Shown here piece after piece: positions 1 through 13,544 of a stretch of DNA of 64,000 nt. Below the pieces are notes generated by a model. The model saw nothing but the letters and a program-made list of their open reading frames with translations, had not been told where the DNA came from and did not search any database. A program made the translations under genes and the position numbers. This DNA is from Macrostomum lignano. Lineage: Eukaryota. The stretch spans positions 189,829-253,828 of the forward strand of contig NIVC01001666.1 in NCBI GenBank assembly GCA_002269645.1. The letters run 5' to 3'. How positions within the stretch are numbered: position 1 is the first letter of the stretch; each line of letters begins with the position of its first letter.

Positions 1-3000
1 ATTGAGCAATTCGTATAGCAGCGGCTTCAGGCACAGCTCGTGCGGCTGAGTCACAATCCAGTGAGCATAGCGGGACAGAGTCCAACAGGTGATGGAGCGG
101 ACCAGAGGCTTGGCGTGCTGCAGACAGGTGAGCAGCAGCCTAAACAGTTCCGGCAGGTAGGCCGTGACGCCTTGAAGGCAGCCTTCGGCCACTGCGCCAA
201 GGATGAGTATGCCAGACTCCTTGACATCCCAGCGTTCGCTGAGCAGAGTGTCCTTGAGAATGGGCAGCAGGTGCTCAAGCAGCTCGTCGCGGAACACATT
301 AGCTAGAACATCCAGGGCGGCCGCTGAGCACTTCCTGAGATTCCAGCTGCTCAGAATGTCGTCTCCGCCACCGCCAGAATCGTCAGCGTCGCCAGACTCG
401 GCCAGCAACAGCAGATCCTGCTGCTGCTGCTCCAGCCCGCCAGAGGCGTCGGCATCTTCGCCGGATCCGCCCCCCGCTGCGCAGTCGTGCAGATGCTGGG
501 ATGCCATCTTCGACCGGGTCCTGTGAAACCGAGGCCGGATGTCGCTCTCGCGATCTGGGATGTGCGCATCCTCGCGATTCTCCAATTCTAGCGCCTCGGC
601 GTCGCTTTCTGAGTACTTCATGCCGCGGCAGAGCACCGGGATCAGCTTTGGCAGGTAGGGCCGCAGCAGCTCCTGACAGTTGGGCTGAAATCAATGCGTT
701 GGCGGAGTCAGCTTTGCAGGCTCAAGATTAAAGGCACAAGGTCATAGACTGGGTACACGGGTCATAGACCGGGGGCACGGGGTCATAGACTGGGTACACG
801 GGTCATAAACCGGGGGCACGGGGTCATAGACTGGGTACACGGGTCATAGACCGGGGGCACGGGGTCATTGACCGGGGGACACGGGTCATAGACCGGGGAC
901 ACGGGGTCATAGACGTGGGATACGGGGTCATAGACGGGGGACACGGGGTCATAGACGTGGGACACGGGGTCATAGACGGGGGACACAGGCCAGGGTCATA
1001 GATGGGGGACACGGGGTTATAGACGTGGGACACGGGGTCATAGAGCTGAACACATGGGGTCATAGACGGGGGACACGGGGTCATAGACGGGGCCACGGTG
1101 TCATAGACTGGGTACACGGGGTCATAGAGCTGAACACATGGGGTCATAAAACAAAGGACACGGGGTCATAATTAAACCGAGAGCCTACCTGATCAGCAAT
1201 GGCAAGCCAGAGTTCGCAGGCCTCCTGAGCTACAAACTCGTCGGGATCCTGAGTCCTGAGCAGCATGAACTCTAGTATGCTGGTCATGTAGGGCAGCAGG
1301 TAGCCCATACGGGAGTCTACTAGCAGCACCAGTGACGAGCAGACCTGTTTGCGCACCTCGGTGTCTGTATCCTCAGCTAAACGGAACACGCTTTCCAATA
1401 GGCGGTCCAGATATTGCATAGGCGCCTGGGAGTGACCGCCGATGAACTGGTTGATGCAGCCTAGGGCCAGGGAGCGAACCTGGAATTGGGGTTGACAAGA
1501 TGGAGAGGGGAGGTATTACCTGTGAGTCAAGTTATAGCACAGGAATTATCAGTGAGTGAAGATCGAGACATGTATTACTGGCGAATCAAGATCGAGACAA
1601 CATGTATTACTGATGAGTGAAGATCGAGACAACAGGTATTACTGATGAGTGAAGATCGATACAACAGGTATTACTGATGAGTGAAGATCGAGACAACATG
1701 TATTACTGATGAGTGAAGATCGAGACAACAGGTATTACTGATGAGTGAAGATCGAGACAACATGTATTACTGATGAGTGAAGATCGAGACAACATGTATT
1801 ACTGATGAGTGAAGATCGAGACAACAGGTATTACTGATGAGTGAAGATCGAGACAACATGTATTACTGATGAGTGAAGATCGAGACAACATGTATTACTG
1901 ATGAGTGAAGATCGAGACAACAGGTATTACTGATGAGTGAAGATCGAGACAACATGTATTACTGATGAGTGAAGATCGAGACAACAGGTATTACTGATGA
2001 GTGAAGATCGAGACAACATGTATTACTGATGAGTGAAGATCGAGACAACAGGTATTACTGATGAGTGAAGATCGAGACAACAGGTATTACTGATGAGTGA
2101 AGATCGAGACAACATGTATTACTGATGAGTGAAGATCGAGACAACAGGTATCACCGGAGAGACAGCAGGTATCACCAGGAGTAAAGATCGAGACAACAGG
2201 TATCACCGGTGAGACAGCAGGTACGAGTATCACCGGTGAGACAGCGGGTACGAGTATCACCGGTGAGACAGCAGGTACGAGTATCACCGGTGAGACAGCA
2301 GGTATCACCAGGAGTAAAGATCGAGACAACAGGTATCACCGGTGAGACAGCGGGTACGAGTATCACCGGTGAGACAGCAGGTACGAGTATCACCGGTGAT
2401 ACAGCAGGTACGAGTATCACCGGTGAGACAGCAGGTATCACCAGGAGTAAAGATCGAGACAACAGGTATCACCGGTGAGACAGCAGGTACGAGTATCACC
2501 GGTGAGACAGCAGGTATCACCAGGAGTAAAGATCGAGACAACAGGTATCACCGGTGAGACAGCAGGTAGCTCGTATCACCGGTGAGACAGCAGGTATCAC
2601 CGGTGAGCTGAGATCCCCTCCCAAAACTACAGAAAGATGCTCACCTTCGCACTACGATGCCCAGTAAACTCGATAAACTTCGGTATAAGAATGCCAAGCG
2701 GCTGCGACACGGGCGTATCCTCCAGCAGCTGTTTGGAATCTTCACAAATTTTGTGCATAGCGCTGAACGAACCTTCGACTAAGAATTCGTCTCCAGAGTC
2801 TAGGCTAGCAACCAGATGAGGCATGAGCTCGGGCCATGCCTCGAGCCGGGCCTTGGACACCATGGTGGTGATGATAGTGCCAACAGTGGCCCGGATCATT
2901 GCGGAGCGGTCGCCAAGGCAGGCCAGACAGGCTCGCTTGACGCATTCTAGCACTTCGGCAGGATAGAGCTGGTAGTGATTCTTGATGTTGTTCTTCAGGA

Positions 3001-6000
3001 TGAGGCCAGCCATAGAGCGGTTGGTCTCATCTGGAAGGGCAATTGGATTAAGGTGCCTGTTCATAATCATTTTTATCCTTTAAACTTAAACTCAAATCCC
3101 AAATCCTTAAAACCCCATTCCCAAATCTTTAAAATCCCATTCTCAAATCCTCAAAATCCCATTCCCAACTCCTTAAAATCTCAGGCCCTAATCCTTAAAA
3201 ACACAGGCCCTAATCCTTAAAATCCCAGACCCTAATCCTTAAAATCCCATTTCCAAATCTTTAAAATCCTAGGCCCTAATCCTTAAAATCTCAGTCCCTA
3301 ATCCTTAAAATCCCAATTCTAAAATCTTAGAATCTAATACCTAAATCTTTGAAATCCCACTTCTAAATTCTTAAAGCCTCATTTATAAATTCTTAAAATA
3401 CCAATTTTTTTTAATTCGTGAAAAGACTCTTTTCCTAATAACATTTGAATGATATAACATCTTATAGTATATAGATAATCCTAATTCTACTCCACTAATA
3501 ATATATATTAAAAATATTTAACAATTATACTAGAAAATTACCTTGCGTTGGCAACTGAAGAATGAATGCCAAGTAATTGTTGAAGTCAGGAATCTGATTT
3601 AACTCATTGAGTTTCTAAAATAAATATATATATGAAATAGATTATGAATGTAGTCTTTATATAAGAAAAGATATTATTGACAGAAAATATTGAGTATAGA
3701 TCAATATTACTTTATATCTATGAAAAAAATATCATTGCCTTAATGCCTTATTGATTGGAATGTTTTAAATATTTTTTTTAAATATAAACTTTAATTTTTG
3801 AATAGCTAGTCTTCCATTTTTAACTACAAGTATAAATCAACCATTTTAAAATTAACCATTTAAATATTATTTAAACTTTATTTGACTTTAAAAATATGTT
3901 TGACTTGGCATAACTTAAAAGAAGCAATTTTTATAAAAATATAAACCACTTTACTTTTTTGTATTTTAATATATGATTAGTATTTTTTACTTTTAAGCAC
4001 TATTGCTTTTTACTCTATACAAATACTCAAAAGTTAGAAATTATCTAAATGAAGATAATATATTATTATTCACTTGATTATATATAATTAAAGTAACTTT
4101 GATAGAGTAGTGCTAATATAATAAAATATAATTATAACAATAAATTCTAAAGTAACAATGTCAAAAGTGCTATCTATAGACAAAGGATATAAATTTATAG
4201 ATAAAATAAATAAGGTATTCATAGATTTTTTCTAATTCAAGGTTTTCTTAGGATTATCATAATTTTCATCTAGGTGCCTTTAGGTAGAAAAGAGTATAGC
4301 CTATAGTCTCATAGATGCCTTTTTTGGTGAAAATTCTTATGTAGATAGGCCTTAAAATATCCGCATTGTCACCATTTTTATCAACATTTGGCTGCATGCT
4401 TAGTGTGCACAGCAAATTGTGTGCTACTGCGTGGCATTGGCATGCTGCATGTAAAATGCAATAGTATAGTGCAAGACAGTCAACATTGCAGTTTATTAAT
4501 CACAACCAAATAGAAAATCAATTAAACTAAATAAAGTCTTATTAATGTACATACATTTTTTGTAATAAAGTAAATATTTTTCTATATGTTTCAATAAATG
4601 CTTATTGATTTTATGACATAGTACATGTGCATGCATATTTTTTAGCTAAATGCAAGGTAAAAATTAGATCTCAGAACTGTTTTTCTTTGTATATATTAAT
4701 TCTACTGATGGCATTGCAAATTTGACTTATTGTTTTTAATGTTAGTATTGCTAAATGGTGTAATTAATGGAATTGATATAATGTCTTATTGTTTGTAAAT
4801 TAATCTAAAGATTATACATATATAGTGCATATAGTTGTTGCAATTTCAAAAAGGTCCTTTATTGTTACAACTGCAAAAAAAGGTCCTTAATGTTGCAACG
4901 CCTCATGGGCCCTGCATATAAAACATAACTTGCTAGCCATTCACAATTTCTATGGTAGCCAAAAATGGTCACTGTGCAGTCGGTGCATCTATGAGAATAT
5001 GGTATAGAATATAATTAATTAATATTATAAAACAAGCATGAAAATTTATACCTATCTCATAGATAGCTAAACATGATATAAAAAAGAACTTTAGGATGTT
5101 CTATGGATTATTGCATAAATATCAAGTTGTTATATTTATGTCACTAAATTTTTCAACAATATTACAAAACTACAAGGGGTGTCCCAAAAGTCAGTGCACT
5201 TTCTTCACTATAGCCTTTTTTGACCAATCAGAAATATTAAGTCTATTATAGTTGCAGTTGAAAAGAGAATTATCTGTCTATTAAAATGACTTTCTGTTTA
5301 TTTCTGTATCTGCTGGTATTTTTAAGATATAAGCACTCTTCTGCCCCACAACCTGTGCTACTTTTACAATTGCCATAGACCAAAGCTTTGTACCTGATGC
5401 ACAAAACAACAAAAATTCAACAAATCAACAAAACATCCACACATGAAAGCTGAAGAAAGAACAGTCAAAAGTTAATCATCAACATTGTCCTAAGGCTTCT
5501 CCACATAGTTACCACTGCATTGCATACTTCTGCCATTGGCTATGCATGTTGTCAATGTTGTCAATCAACAAAATCTGAGTACAGCATCTCATGAAGGAGA
5601 ATTTGGCAAGTCAATGCTTCTAGGCTCCCATGACAAGCAAAGATTTGTCCATGCAGCAGCTTTTTCCTTAGCTTCTGCCTCTTGGAAAGAAGGCAAAGTC
5701 AGCTGTTGACAAATCTGGAGAGTAGGATGGCAGTGAGAGCAGCACAAAATTTGCCTGCTTAATCATCTCCTCCATTTTCTTGGCTGTGGGAGAGGATCCT
5801 AGAATTTTTGTCAACTTTTTTTCTCAACTGAGAGTTGACAAAAATTCTTTGATAGTTGGAATGTTTGTCAACTGCCAATAAGAACAATGGAATCTTCGTC
5901 AACTACCAATGAGAAATATGGAATTTTTATCAACTGGGTGCCATTGGATATGCTTTAACTTTAACTTATGTGATACTTATTTTAGTAAGTAAATTTATTA

Positions 6001-7527
6001 AACTTTATTGTTCAATAATTACTTGGTAGGAATTCAACTTACCAGTTGCATCACATTTTACTTTTTTGTTTTTCACTTCCAACTTTGATAGTAACAATGC
6101 AGTAAACATGTCTATTGTTTAGATATGTTATAACCAAGAGCTGCTTCATGTACTAGTTCTATACTGGTTATAATATTTACAGTATAAATATTGTACAATA
6201 TAGCTTGGCTTGATATTGTGGAACCAGTGAGGATTGGGCTATTGGGCCAATAACCAATAAGCCTGGATTAGTTTTTTGATGCTTTTAATCTGGCTGTGGA
6301 ACTTTCATCAATAGGCAATGGAAGATTTGGAATATTCATCAATTGCAGAAATGAGGGTTAGAACATTTGTCAACCAAGTTGACAAAAAAAAGTTGACAAA
6401 AATTCCATAAACCATGGAAGACATGTGTTGTCAACATGTATAGCCAATGGCAGAAGTGTGTAACACAGTGGTGATTATGGTCAGTGGTGGAGAGAAGCCT
6501 TAGGACAATGTTGATAACTAAAACTTTTGACTATTTTTTCTCAGCTTTTATGTTGCAGATGTTTTGTTGGTTTGTTGAATGTTTTGTTGTTTTGTGCATC
6601 AGGTACAAAGCTTTGGTCTATGGCAATTTGTAAAAATAGCATAGATGGTAGGTTAGAAAAGTGCTCATATCTTAAGAATGTTAGCAGATATAGAAATAAA
6701 CAAAGTCATTTTAACAGGCAGATAATTCTCTTTTCAATTGCAATAGACTTAATATTTCTAATTGGTCAGAAAAGGCTGTAGTGAAGAAATGCACCAAATT
6801 TTAGGACACCCCTTGTATAATATTGCTTTGATAAATAAAAATTATAACTTTCTTAATCTCTAGGTTTTTCTGTGTGCCCCTTTTGATTCTAAGTTTTTCT
6901 AGGTTGCAGTCAGCCTAAACTATATTCACTACAAGTACAACACTAGATAGAATGTTTTGATATTGTCCTAAAAGTACAAACTAATTCTCACAAAAGAATT
7001 TTTGATATTTTAACTAAACTGTAATATTTACTAGAATATGCCACAATGACCATTAAAATTGGTGATCGCATTAGAATTCTCCGATTGGTGAACTTAACAC
7101 CTTCAATTTTGTGCTAGATTTAAAAAATAAAAATGCTATCTTCTTGACTTGGCTATAGCCAAGTTGACAAAGTATAGTATAGGCATATAGTATAGGCATA
7201 AAGTATAGGCATATGGCCCTGGCTTTCTGATTCTGACTATTATAGTGTAAACATACATGGATAGACAGGGGTCAGATATATTGACTATAACAACTATACA
7301 ACATCATTGTATAGCTATTTTCAGGTAATTGATTGCAAAAACTATCTATTTTAAATTTAAGATAGGCCTACTAAAGTAAAGTTAGAAAACAAATCAAGTT
7401 AAATGGAAAGAATACTCACTTCATGGACTTGCTTTTGAACAGCTGAATCTGCTGTTTTCGATTGGTTTAAGAGAATAACCACTTGTTCTAGGCTTGCTGG
7501 ATCGGGATTCCAGGACATGATAACCAT
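1..7527 (-). CDS. TNPO1: Transportin (karyopherin-beta2 / importin beta-2), 5' five exons; gene continues past the window start
   Basis: Minus-strand exons 7527-7420, 3614-3542, 3030-2645, 1479-1189 and 684-1 all have GT-AG boundaries with matching phases. Translation gives [60 protein letters not shown]-like [67 protein letters not shown], all hallmark transportin motifs. The start could be ATG 7527 or 7518. TNPO1 versus TNPO2 orthology cannot be resolved. Confidence 0.95.
741..1170. repeat. Minisatellite, ~20-21 bp unit (gggtcatagacNggggacacg), in transportin intron 4
   Basis: Direct tandem copies are visible. Source of the spurious ORFs 783-986 and 824-1147. Confidence 0.9.
1551..2605. 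repeat. Compound minisatellite in transportin intron 3: 32-bp unit, then a GC-richer mosaic unit
   Basis: gatcgagacaacatgtattactgatgagtgaa repeats to ~2150, then ggtatcaccggtgagacagcaggtacga-type units to ~2605. Confidence 0.9.
3065..3400. repeat. Degenerate ~21-bp tandem repeat (aaatcccaggccctaatcctta) in transportin intron 2
   Basis: Repeated aatccttaaaatccc cores. Confidence 0.75.
5173..6815 (-). mobile_element. Non-autonomous Tc1/mariner element with long imperfect TIRs and a transposase remnant, in transportin intron 1
   Basis: TA|CAAGGGGTGTCC at 5171 and GGACACCCCTTG|TA ending 6817 give a TA target duplication. Imperfect inverted arms run ~5173-5550 and ~6430-6815. The minus strand at ~5790-5670 reads [17 protein letters not shown], the mariner YSPDL motif plus the third catalytic Asp position, followed by a stop. 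Confidence 0.85.
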
Positions 7528-8546
7528 TGCTGTTGATAAAATGTAAAAGTAAGGAATGAAATTTTTTTTAATGTCGTAAAGAGAGAAAAAGTAAATTTTG
7601 AATATCCTATTATCCTGTTTAAACAAAATAGTCAAATTTATTGTTTTATTAATGCAAAAAAAGGTTATTAAACTTGCAAATATATTAAATTATATTTATA
7701 AACAAAAACTCCTTTCGAAAATTTTATTCTATAGTTTTTTACTAGTAACTAAGATGTATTTTCCCATTTTAAAATACGATCATTGGTTCGATTTTTATAT
7801 ATTGCTAGTTTTAAGCTGTGGCTTATTTCAGTTCAATCATTATGGCATGTTCATTTTTACCGCCTATTTAATTGCGCTATCTACTCGAATGCTGTATTTT
7901 TCTTCATTTAAAGCTCTTTTGTATTAGTTTTGATCAAACTGTTTTTTTTTCAAAATGCTCTTTCTGATTCTGATTGGATTTGTTTGTTGACCATGCAACA
8001 TTTGAGCACAGGAGCGAAAGTCCTTGAGACTTAAATTTATATTATTTGTTCTTTTATAGCTAGAATATCAAATGGGTATGTATGCATATTATTGTTAGTT
8101 CTGTCTAGCCCAACAAATATTTTTATTCTACATCTCCGAATTCATCATAGAGTTGAGTTCGATTCGAATTCCATTGTACCATTGTAGCTTAGAGTCCTTA
8201 CTCAGTTTAATAATAGGATCTTAGCAGGAAATTGCAATTGATTTGGTAAGGAAATCGGGCGGAAACAGTTGCATTTTTGCACCAAACGTAAATAATGTGA
8301 TATAAATAATATATCAGAGCTTCAGCATCTTTTTAGGATTGAAATTAAAAAGTAGTTTTATAAAATAGATATTTCTTTAAAGCTGGAAGCATTTAAAAGA
8401 TGTAACAGACAAAATTTTATTTTCTTATCATTCAATAATAAGCTTTTTTATGCCTTTCTGCCGAGTACTAAAGTGCACACTATAATTAATATTTTTACAA
8501 CACAACCTTTCAGCAAAGAAGCCCTTAAGACAGCCAAAAAATCGCC

Positions 8547-11046
8547 ATGGCAACAGAGACAAAGCCAAACGCCAAGTACCAGCCAGTGGACTGGTTCACC
8601 AACGCGTACGCAATTTCGTCTAACGCCGAGCGTCAGCGAGAAGCCTCCGATCAGGTGCGCCAGGAGGCCCGATTCCTGCGCAACGAGACCGACAACAAGA
8701 CCAAATGGGACCAGAAGGACAACAACACCCGTCTAGCCGACCGCGTCGATGTCATCCGCAAGTGGAAGGAAATCCTCGAGCAGACTTTGGGCGACCTTGA
8801 TGCCGAAATTTCCAAGCTGAGCGAGTCCAAGGAGCAGACCGAGGAGGCTCTGGAGCGCAAGAACCTGCCCACTGACACCGTCAACGAGTGCCTGACTGTT
8901 CGTGACGGACGTCGAAGCATCGATAACGTTGAGGACGAGATCGAGCATCAGCTGCGCAAGGTTAGTCATGGTTTCACCGTTTTCTCGATAAAGTATCAAT
9001 AATTTGCTAACATACCTACTGTTAGTAGCTCGAATGAGTTATTTACAATGCATATTGCTATCGTCTAGGAGCAAGAGGTGATCGCTAAGGCCAAGCGCAA
9101 TCTTCAGCAGAAAGTTGACGAGCAGTTCGAGCAGCTGTGCGTCCTGCAGGAGGCCCGCCAGCAAATCCTGGCCGACCTGCAGAACAAGAACATCGCTCTG
9201 GGCATCGACATCGATCAGTACAATCTGAACGAGCAGAGCCCCAACATCTCCTACAAGCCGAACCCCACCCGGGTGCCCAAGGGCAGCACCACCCCGCAGC
9301 AGTGGGAGGACTTCAGCCGGTACAATGTGGACCGGGCCAAGGCTGAGATCGCGTCTAGCGGCCGCCTGCGCGAGGCCGCCCACCGTACCATCCACGACAC
9401 GGACAACGACCTGGAGTCCCAGCGGCAGGCCAGCGACTACGCGCTGAGGAAGCGACTGCACGAAGAGGAGCAGGTCAGGCTGAGGGGATCGACACTGCAT
9501 CATCTTTGAGTTCAATGCTCAAAACTTTGAAGTCATCTCATAAATCTTTCATCCAAACTCTCTATCTCCAAACTCTTCGTCCGAATGTCTTCAACCAATT
9601 TTTTTCTGTCAAAGATTGTAAACCCGACCTCTTCATCCCACGAACAGGCCAAGGACGAACTCGAGTGGCAGAAGCAGCAGACTGAGGACGAGATCGCCGA
9701 ACTTGAGCGGGACATTCGCGCCCTGGAGGAGGCCATCAAAGCGAAGATTCCGCCAGCTAAACTGGCCGAGACTCGCCTGGAGAACCGGACAACCCGGCCG
9801 GGCGTGGAGCTGTGCCGAGACGCGGTGCAGTACGGCCTCACCGACGAGGTGCAGCAGATCAAGGCCAGCAAAGACGCTCTCTACGACAAGCTCAAGCAGG
9901 CTCGGTATGCCTTAATTATGCTTCTATTTCTTAGCTACTAATAGTAGATTTGTTGCAAATTATTATTTAAAAAACACAATCTCACCTGCACTTTAAAAAG
10001 AGCTGCCGGTCCGGTAAGTGGATCAGTCAGGAGAAAATAGAACTCATTTTGAGAGAAGGGGGAGGAGGAAGATCGAGGGGGCGGGAGGAACCCGAGTTTC
10101 TCGGAAACGGGAAAGCAATGTCTAAATGAAGATGAGCACACAGCAGCACTGTAGATTGCTTGCTTGGACAGAGTGACTCCGAGCAAGAGAGGGAAGGCAT
10201 GAACTCTAGCCGCAGTGCAGCAGCTGTTATCGACGAGAGACGCCAGGATTCGAAAATTGCTCGCCAAAGATGAGCCAAGGAGATCATTATTCTCGCTCCG
10301 GTTTTGGGTTTGAAATTGAGATGGATTTGAGCAGCTCAGGGCAGAATGAAAAGGAAATGCGAATAAATGATGTCGGTGAGAAGCTGGAAGATAAAGTCGA
10401 CTTGAAACACTAATAAATATTTAAATACGTCAGTGTGAATACTGACTCCATCGACTCAGTCATCTCTCCTGCACTCAACTCCATCGACTCAGTCATCTTT
10501 CCTGCACTCAACCCCATCGACTCAGTCATCTTTCCTGCACTCAACTCCATCGACTCAGTCATCTCTCCTGCACGCAACTCCATCGACTCAGTCATCTCTC
10601 CTGCACGCAACTCCATCGACTCAGTCATCTCTCCTGCACGCAACTCCATCGACTCAGTCATCTCTCCTGCACTCAACTCCATTGACTCAGCCATCTCTCC
10701 TGCACTCAACTCCATCGACTCAGTCATCTCTCCTGCACTCAACTCCATTGACTCAGCCATCTCTCCTGCACTCAACTCCATCGACTCAGTCATCTTACCT
10801 GCTCCGACTCCGTCATCATTCTAAGCCCTCCACCCTCGCCTCCAACCCCTCAGGCACAACCTCGACGGCCTGCAGAAGCAGCTGGACCGAATCAACGCTG
10901 ACCTGGCCGAGAAGACCAACTCAATCATGCTCGATAGGCGCACGGCCGACGTTAGAAACCGCCTAGCAACCAAGCCGATAACTCAGACCGATGGCAACAT
11001 GCTCAAGACGGGCATCACCCGCGAACGGAGCAAGGTCTTGGCCTGA
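8547..11046 (+). CDS. TEKT2: Tektin-2 (tektin B1-like) ciliary/flagellar filament protein, 4 exons, ~422 aa, complete
   Basis: Exons 8547-8960, 9069-9473, 9648-9904 and 10854-11046 with GT-AG boundaries and consistent phases. Motifs DW.TN, RQEARFLRNET, PTRVPKGSTTPQQWEDFS and the tektin signature RPGVELCRD match TEKT2 rather than other tektins. Confidence 0.93.
10445..10812. repeat. 33-bp minisatellite in tektin intron 3
   Basis: Unit actccatcgactcagtcatctctcctgcactca, about 11 copies. Confidence 0.9.
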
Positions 11047-11667
11047 GAAAATATAACAAAATGACGAACTCCCTTGACAATAACGGAACAACTCAGACTA
11101 AATGTTGCACTTTTACTCTGCTGCTGAGGTGTTTGGCCCAATTTATTTTCACTTTAGAAAATATTACCAGATAATTTAGTTCAGATAAACAAAGAAAGAT
11201 TGTTTTGTTTGAGCAGAAAGTAAAGCCTATTTCTCAAAGTTTTTCCTCAATAACTGACTGTTCTTGCTTCTTTTTTTTCAATTTTTTTCCTTTCCTCTCC
11301 GATCGCTTCTCCTAGTTTTTGCGGTTTTATCTTAACTGATGGATTTAAACGCTTGTATTAGCTAGCGGGCTCAATTAGCGATATAAAGGACAAGATGTAC
11401 TTAGTGTACAAGTCCGCACACAACAATGTAATTTCAGATTACAGTAAAGCTAGTTGTAATGCCTTGTGGGCTGGTTAGATAATTGAGTCTACGGTGTCCC
11501 GTCTACTGCCACCCCCATTTTCGCCCTGTTTTTGGTCTGTATGAATCAAACAGTTAAAGTTGTCAAAATAAATTTATAACTATGCGAGGCTTTACTTTGT
11601 CTGCTAAGTGCGTCAATATAAATAATATACGGTTGAAATTTATTGGCTGACATTGCTGGCTCATTTT

Positions 11668-13042
11668 AAACACAATCTGTCTCTTTCTAAACACAATCTG
11701 TCTCTTTCTAAACACAATCTGTCTCTTTCTAAACACAATCTGTCTCTTTCTAAACACAATCTGTCTCTTTATAAACACAATCCGTCTCTTTCTAAACACA
11801 ATCTGTCTCTTTCTAAACACAATCTATCTCTTTCTAAACACAATCTGTCTCTTTCTAAACACAATCTGTCTCTTTCTAAACACAATCTGTCTCTTATAAA
11901 CACAATCAGTCTCTTTCTAAACACAATCATTATTCTGTAAACACAATCTGTCTCTTTATAAACACAATCCGTCTCTTTCTAAACACAATCCGTCTCTTTC
12001 TAAACACAATCTGTCTCTTTCTAAACACAATCTGTCTCTTATAAACACAATCAGTCTCTTTCTAAACACAATCATTATTCTGTAAACACAATCTGTCTCT
12101 TTCTAAACACAATCTGTCTCTTTCTAAACACAATCTATCTCTTTCTAAACACAATCTGTCTCTTTCTAAACACAATCTGTCTCTTTCTAAACACAATCTG
12201 TCTCTTCCTAAACACAATCATTATTCTGTAAACACAATCTGTCTCTTTATAAACACAATCCGTCTCTTTCTAAACACAATCCGTCTCTTTCTAAACACAA
12301 TCTGTCTCTTTCTAAACACAATCTGTCTCTTATAAACACAATCAGTCTCTTTCTAAACACAATCATTATTCTGTAAACACAATCTGTCTCTTTCTAAACA
12401 CAATCATTATTCTGTAAACACAATCTGTCTCTTTCTAAACACAATCATTATTCTGTAAACACAATCCGTCTCTTTCTAAACACAATCTGTCTCTTCCTAA
12501 ACACAATCATTATTCTGTAAACACAATCTGTCTCTTTATAAACACAATCCGTCTCTTTCTAAACACAATCTGTCTCTTTCTAAACACAATCTATCTCTTT
12601 CTAAACACAATCTGTCTCTTCCTAAACACAATCATTATTCTGTAAACACAATCTGTCTCTTTCTAAACACAATCTGTCTCTTATAAACACAATCTGTCTC
12701 TTTCTAAACACAATCTATCTCTTTCTAAACACAATCTGTCTCTTATAAACACAATCTGTCTCTTTCTAAACACAATATGTCTCTTATAAACACAATCTGT
12801 CTCTTTCTAAACACAATCTGTCTCTTATAAACACAATCAGTCTTTTTCTAAACACAATCATTATTCTGTAAACACAATCTGTCTCTTTCTAAACACAATC
12901 ATTATTCTGTAAACACAATCTGTCTCTTTCTAAACACAATCATTATTCTGTAAACACAATCCGTCTCTTTCTAAACACAATCATTATTCTGTAAACACAA
13001 TCCGTCTCTTTCTAAACACAATCATTATTCTGTAAACACAAT
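11668..13042. repeat. 20-21 bp minisatellite (aaacacaatctgtctctttct and variants)
   Basis: Long array with interspersed aaacacaatcattattctgt variants. Confidence 0.95.
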
Positions 13043-13544
13043 TACCCACTCTGTCTCAATTCCCTTTTCATCTGAACCCGTAAACTCTCAACTATCTTAA
13101 AACTCCCTTTGCCCTTTAAAATCCAAAGTCTGCAGTTGCCAGCGCGGAGCATTGAATTTCGCTCTACATATAATGCACTATTGGCTCTCATGTCTGCTCC
13201 TGCACCAATCTCTTCTTGTTAAATCGTGTGTTGCATTAGCATTCCCGCAATCATTTCTGATTAGAAATCTTTAAAAGAGGTAAGGCATTAACAGAAATTG
13301 CAATCTAGATTCAAATACATTCTGCCCGCGGCAATATTAAACCCTATTGCAGTCGCCTCATCAAGTGCTTGTTAATCTGTGCGGATAAGGAGATTGGATA
13401 AAGGGATTAATTTGCTATAGATTAAGTAAATTAAAAATTCCTGTGTAAATTTCAAAGAATAAACAAGAGTGCTCAGTATTGTGTTTTTGCATTGAAATTA
13501 AGGACGCTGATTAATAAAATTTATCCAACAGCCCTTCAACATTG

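Noticed and set aside
11303-11340. U2 snRNA-like start (atcgcttctc)
   Set aside because: Similarity ends after 10 nt; no branch-pairing region or Sm site follows.
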